Of a DNA stretch of 64,000 bases, positions 41,301 to 53,300 are shown one piece after another. The translations under genes and the position numbers were made by a program. The first letter of the stretch is position 1. Each line of letters begins with the position of its first letter. Source of the DNA: Bugula neritina (taxonomy: Eukaryota > Animalia > Bryozoa); contig OZ037765.1 in the NCBI GenBank assembly GCA_964035545.1, positions 20,460,995 through 20,524,994 on the forward strand, read 5' to 3'. The notes under the pieces are model-generated. The model was not told where the DNA came from. It saw nothing but the letters and a program-made list of their open reading frames with translations, and searched no databases.

Positions 41301-44300
41301 TATAATTATGAATTCAATATGAATTGGCTTGGTTAACGAGTTGACAACCATACTTTTGCATGTGGGCCAAAATATTTTCAACAAAATACACAGTTCATCT
41401 TACATCAACAAAAAAAACAATGAAGTGTATTGAAAATGCGATGCAATGTGCCTTTTTATATATTACATCAACTAAATAGATAATACTGTATAATAATATG
41501 CCTCTATATCATATGATAACTCATAAAATAAGTGTGTATAAGTGTATGAAAGTTAAAAAATTGCCATAAAATAACTACATTTAAATAATATACCTCTTAA
41601 GTGTTCACAAATAATTGATGAAAATTGCTTTCCAAAACACACTTTTTTCAACAATTTCTAAGTTTAGAAACGCATGTACTTAGAGTTCTTGTAGATATGC
41701 TCACAGTTGAAGTATTGTGTTGCAGTTTACCTGTGATGATAGAACCATTTTTTATTGTGGTTGCTGTTACTGAATCTGTAGTGGAAGTATTTAGTAATGT
41801 AGTAATAAGGTCTTTTATAGTTGTAGTTTCTGTTGATAGAGAACTCTCAGTGCTATGACTAGCAGTTGAGTTAGCAGTTGCAGGCTGCACAGTTGAAGTT
41901 GTAAAGGGTTTTGAAGATGTACTGGTTTGATTTCCTTGCATAGTTGATGGTAGAGATGGCTCAGTGGAAGATGAGGGACTTTTGCTAGTAGAGCTAAGAG
42001 TGGAAGTTGTGGGTGTTGCTGTTGTATTTGTAGATTGAGTAGTGATTGCTGTTATAGTTAACGTAGTGTTGGAATTTAGTGTTGATGGTGCAGTTAGATT
42101 TGTGGTAGTTGATTCAATTGTTGGAGTAATAGATGTGGCTGTTGTTGTATTTGCTGTAGAGACAGATGTTGATGTGTGTTTAGTAGTAGCTGTTGTTACA
42201 TTAGCTAGCACAGTAGTGGGTGCTGACGTTGTATTTGCCACTGACCCAGTTGTAGGAGCAGCAGTAATTTGAGTAAATGTGGTGTTTGGCATAGAATGGG
42301 TTGTCACAGCAGTTTCTGGCGTAACTGTGGTTGTTGTATTGGCTTGTACAGATGTTACAGAAGGTTCAACTGTAGACGTTGATACAGTAGTGATTGCATC
42401 TGTGTTGTTTTTAGTTGTTATTATAGCGGTAGTTGTAGTAGTTGGTACAGCTGGAGTAGTAACTGTGGCTGTAGTGTTTGATACAGCTGGAGTAGTAACT
42501 GTGGCTGTAGTAGTTGGTGTAGCTGGAGTAGTAAGTGTGGTTGTAGTGTTTGTTACAGCTGAAGTAGTAACTGTGGCTGTAGCAGTTGTTACAGCTGGAG
42601 TAGTAATTGTGGCTGTAGTGTTTGATACAGCTGGAGTAGTAACTGTGGCTGCAGTAGTTGGTGCAGCTGGAGTAGTAACTGTGGTTGTAGTGTTTGATAC
42701 AGCTGGAGTAGTAACTGTGGCTGTAGTGTTTGTTACAGCTGGAGTAGTGTCTGTGGCTGTAGTGTTTGATACAGCTGGAGTAGTAACTGTGGCTGTAGTG
42801 TTTGTTACAGCTGGAGTAGTGTCTGTGGCTGTAGTGTTTGATACAGCTGAAGTAGTAACTGTGGCTGTAGTGTTTGATACAGCTGGAGTAGTAACTGTGG
42901 CTGTAGTAGTTGACACAGCTGGAGTAGTAAGTGTGGTTGTAGTGTTTGTTACAGCTGAAGTAGTAACTGTGGCTGTAGCAGTTGGTGCAGCTGGAGTAGT
43001 AACTGTGGCTGTAGCGTTTGATACAGCTGGAGTAGTAATTGTGGCTGTAGTAGTTGATACAGCTGGAGTAGTAACTGTGGCTGTAGTAGTTGACACAGCT
43101 GGAGTAGTAAGTGTGGTTGTAGTGTTTGTTACAGCTGAAGTAGTAACTGTGGCTGTAGTGTTTGTTACAGCTGGAGTAGTGTCTGTGGCTGTAGTGTTTG
43201 ATACAGCTGGAGTAGTAACTGTGGCTGTAGTAGTTGACACAGCTGGAGTAGTAAGTGTGGTTGTAGTGTTTGATACAGCTGGAGTAGTAACTGTGGCTGT
43301 AGTGTTTGTTACAGCTGGAGTAGTGTCTGTGGCTGTAGTGTTTGATACAGCTGGAGTAGTAACTGTGGCTGTAGTGTTTGTTACAGCTGGAGTAGTGTCT
43401 GTGGCTGTAGTGTTTGATACAGCTGAAGTAGTAACTGTGGCTGTAGTGTTTGATACAGCTGGAGTAGTAACTGTGGCTGTAGTAGTTGACACAGCTGGAG
43501 TAGTAAGTGTGGTTGTAGTGTTTGTTACAGCTGAAGTAGTAACTGTGGCTGTAGCAGTTGGTGCAGCTGGAGTAGTAACTGTGGCTGTAGCGTTTGATAC
43601 AGCTGGAGTAGTAATTGTGGCTGTAGTAGTTGATACAGCTGGAGTAGTAACTGTGGCTGTAGTAGTTGACACAGCTGGAGTAGTAAGTGTGGTTGTAGTG
43701 TTTGTTACAGCTGAAGTAGTAACTGTGGCTGTAGTGTTTGTTACAGCTGGAGTAGTGTCTGTGGCTGTAGTGTTTGATACAGCTGGAGTAGTAACTGTGG
43801 CTGTAGTAGTTGACACAGCTGGAGTAGTAAGTGTGGTTGTAGTGTTTGATACAGCTGGAGTAGTAACTGTGGCTGTAGTGTTTGTTACAGCTGGAGTAGT
43901 GTCTGTGGCTGTAGTGTTTGATACAGCTGAAGTAGTAACTGTGGCTGTAGTGTTTGATACAGCTGGAGTAGTAACTGTGGCTGTAGTAGTTGACACAGCT
44001 GGAGTAGTAAGTGTGGTTGTAGTGTTTGTTACAGCTGAAGTAGTAACTGTGGCTGTAGCAGTTGGTGCAGCTGGAGTAGTAACTGTGGCTGTAGCGTTTG
44101 ATACAGCTGGAGTAGTAATTGTGGCTGTAGTAGTTGATACAGCTGGAGTAGTAACTGTGGCTGTAGTAGTTGACACAGCTGGAGTAGTAAGTGTGGTTGT
44201 AGTGTTTGTTACAGCTGAAGTAGTAACTGTGGCTGTAGCAGTTGGTGCAGCTGGAGTAGTAACTGTGGTTGTAGTGTTTGATACAGCTGGAGTAGTGTCT

Positions 44301-47300
44301 GTGGCTGTAGTGTTTGTTACAGCTGGAGTAGTAACTGTAGCTGTAGCAGTTGGTGTAGCTGGAGTAGTAATTGTGGCTGTAGTAGTTGGTACAGCTGTAG
44401 CAGTTGATACAGCTGTAGTAGTTGTTACAGCTGAAGTAGTAATTGTGGTTGTAGTAGTTGTTACAGCTGAAGTAGTAATTGTGGCTGCAGTAGTTGTTAC
44501 AGCTGGAGTAGTAGTAGTAGAAGTTGAATCAGTAGTAACGAAGGAATTCTCGCAATTAGTGCCATTCGCCAACTCAGGACATTCACAAGTGTAGCCATTG
44601 AGTAAGTCTATACAAGTTCCTCCATTCAAACAGACTTCACCTCCTTCACAATCATCATAGTTTATCTCACATATTTTACCTCCTAGGCCAGAGAGACACA
44701 GGCACCTGCAAGTACAGTTCATAGTCTGCCGTTGCTGAATTTCTAGGGCAAGTTGCACTAGAAAATCTTTTGACACCTGGTATTTTTCTTCATAAAAGAG
44801 ATAGATATTGACTATTTCTAGTTTAATAGTGCATGTTACACCTTAAAGAAAAAGTCTAACCCTTAGCAAGTACACTTTACAATTTTATATTGCATTCACT
44901 AAACAGTATTTTTTCTTCAAAGCATAGAACTGATATTTATAGGACACATACTTCTTTTCAAAAAAAATTAGTAATCTTGAAGCATTTGAGGTGATGTAAA
45001 AATGTGATGCATCAGAATGGTTGGATATGAAATGAGATTCTTTTGCCAAAAACTCAGCATTTCATTAGGTACTTACAATAAACATAACATTTTATGCTTC
45101 ACAAACTTGATTCTACTTTTAGTTATAAAACTTTTAAAATCTAACCCACAACAGTTAAATTATACTAGAATAAACTGCAATAAAGGAATAATGTTAAAAA
45201 TTACTTGAAACCAGGAGGTTGAGGATTTTCTATGCAGAGGCCATTCTCAAGGCAAGGGTTAGGCTCACATTCAGGAATATCTGTTGAGCAGTCGTTTCCA
45301 CCCCAGCCCTCATTACACTCACATGTAAAGTTAGAAACCAAGTCTATGCATGTGCCATTATTCTTGCAACTGTTTACATTGCAGTCATCTGTATTCATCT
45401 CACACCGCTCTCCTTCAAACCCTTCTACACAACTGTTGAAAAATACAATATTGTGCTTATTACAATCAGATCAATGCAAGAGTACCATGCACTCAAGAGC
45501 ATTACGCATTCCTTGGCAGCATGGATATCTCAGATCAAAAACATCCAGAAGTCTTCAGTATAAGCTAAAAGGTGGGTTGATTTTCAAACAGCTATAGGTT
45601 TTTGAATTTTTGCATTTTACAACGGCTGCAAATAAACAGAGGTCAAAAATCTTTTCATGTCCTGATGGCTTTTATAGGCTAAACTACCTCCGTTTAGCTC
45701 TATTTTATTAACATTTACAAAAAACCACTTAACAGTGGCACTTTAGATTACTTGACCTACAGATATGCACACTGATACTCTCCATATACATCTATCCACT
45801 ATCACTGATGTACTCTTTGTTATACTTACACACATTCATAGGAAGTACCGCGACCATCTATACAGGTTGCACCATTGAGACAGACCTCCTCTGCACACAC
45901 TGAGTCATCTAACTGACATTCTTCTCCTAAAGAATTATTAAAACACGGTGTCTTTTACAAAAACAATTCAACGTTATTTTACACAGTGTAGTCTTCAGTA
46001 AAAAATATTCTAAAAGACTACACTGGAAAAGGTATGTATAAAGCATCTCCAATTGTTCATTAGACTTTAGAGGAATTAAACAATATTGAATTGTTAGAGA
46101 TCTTATGCTACCTAGCAACCATTAGAAATCTTGAGTCTTACTAAGTTTATTTGGCATAAGAATATGTGTGTCTGAAAAACATAACTAGTAATAACAAAAA
46201 CCACACACTTGTAATCTATGAATGGATTCTATTAGATAAACCAATACCTAAATTATATTTTTAAGCCTTTTTTTGTCTTTTGACACTTTAACATGTATTG
46301 TTACAGTGTACAACAATCTTGGTTAGTATTCACAGGTTTTAAACAATCTACCAGTAAAAATTTCAAATAACGGACAAGTTTGGAATGAAAGCAATTAAAA
46401 ATAATTGCAAGTTAAATCAAATTATAGGAGTCAAATATATATTTCACCTGAAAACCCTAAAGGGCAAAAACACTTGTAAGAATTGACAAGATCTTTGCAA
46501 GTGCCTCCATTTTGGCACGGAGAGGGGAGACAATCGTCTATATCAACTTCACAGGCATCACCTTCGAACCCTTCATCACACAGGCACATGTACCCATTCA
46601 CTTTGTCCACACAGCTAAAATGATAATTTTTTTACTATAGTCAACAAGTAATAATTGCCTGCCTTTAATACTAATAAATTCACACATGGAAAGTACTTCT
46701 ATACATTTCTGTATTTGTCAAGGAAACATCTCATTTCTTACTAGTCAACCTTTTTACATGCAGTGCATGTGAATACGACACCAACTGTCTAGAGCAGGAC
46801 TGTCCAACAGGTGGCCCCCAGGGCCGGAAGTGGTCCCCAATCTAAATTTATGTGGTCCTCAAAGGCATAAGAAAAAATTTTTGCACACATATGAATTAGA
46901 GTGGACAACCCAACTTTCAATTGTCTTATACACATGCAACAAAACATGCAGCCTGCAGTAACTACTGAGACTTCATTATGTAATGATTCATAGGGATTTG
47001 GATTAAAGTAAGTTGAAAAACACTGATGCCGTTCCCCAGCTCAAGCTAAACTTTACAAAGTGGCCCATGCTCAGAAAAGGTTGGACACACCTGGTCTAAA
47101 TTTATCGCTTAATACATAAAGTCCAACCTGCCGTTTCCACACTTGACCTCTAAGGTACAATCATCTGTATTTGTCTCACAGATCTCTCCATTGAAGCCCT
47201 CTACACACTGACATCGAAATGCAGCCACCTCATCAACACAGGTTCCCCCATTTAGACACTCTGTATCCATACATTCGTTGATATCTATGCTGCAGTTATA

Positions 47301-50300
47301 ACCTGTGAGACAAAATATTCAAGTGCAATTTAAGTTCACTTGCAAAGTTATTAGATGAATACTTCTGTCTTGAACAATCAACTTAAACTTTAATAGTTCA
47401 GCTTTTCGTAGCACTCAGCATAGCTCACATTAGTTCTAGACTCTAGAGCAATGACAGGTTCATTGCAGCAACGAAAATGTATAAATCTGCCTAGATATTC
47501 AGTGAACAAATGCTATTGTCTGACTGCTATTGTTTCTTGCTGATGGAGTAAGAAAATACCCTAGGCAATAATTTCCTACATAACTTTCTAATACGAGCTG
47601 TTACAGCAAAATTATCAACACGAAATATATCTGCCAGAGAAATAAATTACAACATCATCGTATTTTTTGCAAATAATAAACTAGCTTTGCTTATTTCTTT
47701 ATGCAGTGTAACAAACATGTTTTTTTATTAAAGTTATTATATTATTTATACTAGTAACATCATAATAACTCTTGTCTTCCTACCTTCATAGCCTGGAGAA
47801 CAACTGCACAAGTAACTGCCTACAGTGTTAACACAAGTAGCTCCATTCAGACAAGGTAATATGGCACACTCATTGTAGTCATCTGAACATGTGCTGCTCG
47901 TGTATCCTGAGGGACATTCACAAGTGAACCTGCATAATCATATATAATGCATCTAATGATCAGCAATAAAATAAAATATATTAAATGTATTTCAAATCGT
48001 TATGTCATGATGATTTCAGTATAAGCTTGTTTATAAGTCTCTTACTTTTTTCGGGTAAAATGAAATCAATGAAAATATATGAATACAACAAATATTAAAT
48101 TTTCTACTCAAATGCTATTTTAAAGTATAACCTGTATGTCAATAATACATTAATAGAATGAATGTTTAAATTTAGTTGAAAGCTAGTCCAATAATAGCAT
48201 ATAATATTCTTCTAGTATATTGATTTACAATAATTTTTTTTCATATTTAAATAAATTTATCAATTTAAATCAAAGTTTAAATACTTTTTGCATATTTACT
48301 TGTATACTGTATATATATTATATACACTAGCTTATTTAATTGAGATAAAATGCTTGTTGTATTTAATCAATTAAAGTTCAAAGCTAATAAATACCCAAGA
48401 CTTCATGAGCATTTATTCAATAATTAGGAAATAAAAATTATGTAAGGAAAGTCTGAATTAGCTGCACTTAGCTTTTTACGAATGCCTGCTTAATATCAAC
48501 AACATTTTTGCATAAACATAAATAATATAAAGTAGCAATTAATTACTCAACCTTATTTAATTTTTCGACATGACTAATACCCAAACAGCTCACACATTTT
48601 TATATTAATGCATTAAAAGTAACTAAATATACAGTCATCTAAAGCACCATCACTTTTAAAATATGGTATATAAGTTCAATGTGTTTGTGATAATCAATCA
48701 ATTCTGCATCTCTTATAAATTCAACACCTTTCACTATGTATACATTACCATAATACAGACTATAGATTGTATATACTGTATATTATTTGCAGTGTATAAA
48801 TTATAGATTCACTAATAATTCTACCAGCCCACCCATTTATACGATCTATGCAAGTTCCATTGTTATTGCAGGGACTGCCTAAACACTCATCAATATCTCT
48901 TTCACACTGTAGCCCTTCATATCCAGCTGCACAATAGCACTTGTAACCATCTATCAAATCTTCACAAGATCCTCGGTTGGTACAAGGCTCTGTTGCACAT
49001 TCATTAATGTTTACTTCACACAATCGACCTTGGTACCCTATTAAGAAATAATAATTACCATGTGAAAGCATCAATTTATATTGAAAATATGACCAAAAAA
49101 ATTTGGTTTTGCTGGGGGTCGAACCCAGGACCTTCCGCGTGTGAAGCGGACGTGATAACCACTACACTACAAAACCAGCTGGCTAATAAAGCGATTAACT
49201 AGATATCTATTCAAACTCACTACTATAACGACCCAATACACACGCACAATATTTACTTATTAGTTAGCAAATAAGTATGCGGGTGCACTACAGTGACTGT
49301 ATGATTTGACGCCGTAAGAGGCTGAACTCTAAAATCTAAACTCTGAAGGCTAAACTGGGAGGCATTTGGAATTGATATGGCACAGTATATTATTATCTAT
49401 AGGCTACGTTTATGGATCATTTTCGGTATCGACGATCTACAAACTTTAACTGCTGTTTTGTGAACATCAATATGAAACCTACTTTCTAACCAGTACATTA
49501 GGTGGCATTTTGAAAGCATTAACTTGGACAGCAGTACAATACAATCTATAACCATTGCTATACCAACTAGATATTTTCATAGTAAAAAAGTGGTATATTG
49601 AAGTTTTGCTTTCTTCTCCAATAAAAATCCCCCACAGGTGATGTTAACTATTATAAGAATAAGCAAATACTTTCTAGCTATGATGGCCTACCAGGCATGC
49701 AGTCACAGGTGAAAGTCCCATTCGTATACTCTACACATGTAGAGCCATGTCGACATTGGTTATATTCGGCAGAACAGGGGCGGTAGGGTGTCTCACATCT
49801 ATCACCTGCAAGTGGGAAGCAAACCAATGGCTTATAGCATTTCACCAGTGAAATTTTACTGATGTAGGTATATAGCATGTCGGTACAGCATGGTAAAATA
49901 ATGTACATAAAATGTTATGGGAACTTTATAACGTATAATATAACATATATAACATGACAAGTTTAAAAAATAAGCAAAAAATATATATTAAATATGCACA
50001 ACTTAACACAGGATCGAATGGTTGGAAGTAACACTATTTATGCAATATGTAAATCATTTAATAAAACTATGTCCAAAAACAAACCTATGTTATGCTGAGT
50101 TGATACTCACTGTTCATACACAAGTAAAATAATTTACGGTAATGTCTTAGCTTCCTTCTAATAAAGAACTTTTTCAAGAAAAATGACAACAATAAGAACT
50201 CTTATGTAAAATTAGCTCCCTTGCAGAGTTTATATTATACCAAGCGCAGAATTTATTATTTGGGTTTTATTGGAAATTGCTAATTAATAAAGTTCTATAT

Positions 50301-53300
50301 GCTATTTTTACAAAGATATTTACCTATAACAGAAAGCAATTTTCTATCATATTGTTTTCTTTGTACATAATAACATACCAGTATAAAATGGTTGGCAGTT
50401 GCAATCATAATCATTGACTAAGTCAATACAAGTTCCACCATTGAGGCAATCAGAGTTGTCTTCACATTCATTGATTTCCAACGAGCAGGTTGAACCATAC
50501 CATCCTGGGGCACATTCACACCTGCAGGAAAGTAAAATACAAATATTATTTGAAACCAAAATTGCATGAGAACTCAACAGAAAATGCATGTTTAACATAA
50601 AGATTTGAAAATTGAATTTTTAACAAAATGATGACAGCTGAGTCACCATAAATACTAGTACTGCAGTACAGTGCTTCCTCCATATCACACTAAGCTACGT
50701 GACATAGTAGAATACCAGATGTCACTCACAGATTCGTTATATTCTACTACTTTTTCCTTACATACACATGAAAAACTCACTTGCCCAAGTTTATATTCGC
50801 CATCCATGTGAGAAAACCCCTGATGAAAAGGTTTTTTTTGTTAAAACGAGCTAAGGACTTATTCAGATGAGGCACAGGAGCAATTGTGACTGGATGCTCT
50901 TCCTATCATCACCTATGACTCCGTGCTGACTAGGCAAACGCTCTAACCCTTAGACCACGGCTGCTCTCTATGTTACATAAGCCACAAAACAGGGGGTCCA
51001 AGCCCTTCCTGAGGCTTGTGGAATTTCGTGAGAAATAGAACTGTAAGATGCAGAGGGAGCACTGTATTTAGATTCACTAATTTTAACTGATGACACTACC
51101 AGTGTCTGTAACTTGACAACAATTAATGACAAACCTGAAGCTATTAAATAAGTCGATGCATGTGGCACCGTTCTCACAAGGTTGAACTTCACATTCATTG
51201 ATTTCAACATCACAGAGTGTTCCTTCCCATCCAGCTAAACACTGACATCTGTATCCAAACACGTCATCCAGGCAAGTTGAGTTCTGGTGGCAGTCATTAT
51301 CTGAGTTTAGAATGAAAGAGTCCTTGTAGTTTAGAGTAAAATATCTTAACAGCACGACAATAGGAGAATAAACTTTGGGATTTGTCCCAAAAAGAGATAT
51401 AATAATTACATAGTAATTACTGCCACAAGAAAATTGAAATAAATATTGAGTTTTTATTTTAATGAACAAAAAATTGTCATGGAGCGACAACTAGCAATAT
51501 CCAGATAGCATAGCATGTAGCATTTACAATCTAAATGTACAACACACATAGTTATATAATAACATTCATGGTATATAGTATTCACTTGCATTTGCTATTT
51601 TATGGATAAAATAGCAAATGCAAGTGAGTACTATATACCAATCTCTGGTGAATGAATAAAAGCATGCTTCCATAAAATATAGCCAACAATTGAAACTGTA
51701 AACATCAGCAACGAGCGAGTGGACACAACTTACCAATACAGTCATTTACTGGTAGCTGGCAGTCAGCACCAACCCAACCGGGTTGACACAAGCAATCGTA
51801 GGTATTGAGGCCGTCCACGCACACCCCCCGACCGTTACACGGCAGACTCCTGTCTATCTTTAGTAAGCAATCATCAATATTCTCTTCACAATTACCACCT
51901 GCATATAATATAACTGCAGGTATCTCAATCATGTAAGATATACATAATGTATAATGCTACCAATACAACAGTAACTTTGAAATGTTTTTGCATCAACATT
52001 ACGTATATTATAATAACTATTATAAATGATATTATTACAAATATTAATTATTTCAAACAGCTTTGACCAATATAATTTTATACAACAAGTTCCACAATAG
52101 ATTCTAAGATGATACTTTTTTGTTTCTTGAAAACTAACAGGAGGGCTACATAATTAGACAAAAAGTGAATATGTGTCAGCAAACTATGGAGTTAACAGTA
52201 ATTAGAGCCACATCAATTTGGGTATAACTCAACAAGAAAAAAGAGATTGATAGTAAAATATCACCTGCATAGCCCTCTGGACACCTGCAGGTGTAACCAG
52301 GTGGAGTAAACAGATTAGTACAGTTGCCTTCGTTCTGACATGGAAAGTCATCACATGGTAGAGAGTCACAAGTAGCACCAGAGTGAGGGAAGGCGCATTG
52401 ACAAGTGAATCCAGCCAGCCTGTCTGTACATATGCCGGAGTTGGAACATGGGCTAGACCTACACTCATCTATTTCCTTCTCACATGAAACTCCTACAGTT
52501 ATATCAAAACAGCATGTATAGAAGAGTTGACGAACGTTAATAAATGTTACAAAAATTTATTCCCATAAGGTTATGTGACATGAGCCTGAATTTATATCAG
52601 CATATTCAGCTACAAGTGGTTTGCATATTTTGAGTTTAATAAATGTTTGACATAATCTGCACCTATAAAGCATCACATATTTGATAATAAACAATACTTT
52701 CAATAACTTAATGAAGCACTTCAGTTGACGGTTGTGGAGAGCATTTTGAAAGTAAATACTTCAGATATGCTAGTCATACCGATTGGTTCTCAAACTAACA
52801 GGGCTGTAGTGCACGTGCTTATAAATATAAACAAACAGCTTACCCTCAAACCCAGCATGACATTCACAGTGATAACTGTTGACACCATCAACACATGTGC
52901 CGTTACCACATGCTACATTGATACAGTCGTCTATGTTAGTCAGGCAGTGACTGCCAAGAAAGCCAGTCACACATTGACAGGTATAATCTGCGATACCGTC
53001 AATACACACACCACCATTTTTACATGGGTTGGTTGAACAGTCATCATGATTTACATCACAATTCACTCCCTACAACCATTTAAAAGAAAATTTCACCATC
53101 ATAAAGGTATCATGGCAACAGGTGTGAACTGCAGGATATTTTACTGCAGCGGCTACGTTTGTTATAATCTAAAATTTCACTATAACAACTGAGCTATGTG
53201 TTATAGCTGTAGCGTGTCCTGTGATACCATTTATTTCTGGTTTATGAAATTGGAGTGCATAAACTACGTGCTGAATTTATATTGATATATTCAACTTCAT

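Noticed and set aside
42440-44520. 36-bp periodic array superficially like a CRISPR array
   Set aside because: No unique spacers and no cas genes; it is a eukaryotic coding tandem repeat.
42279-44594. 771-aa Val/Ala-rich plus-strand ORF
   Set aside because: It is the antisense shadow of the stop-free Thr-rich mucin repeat; the minus-strand frame is spliced in phase with EGF exons.
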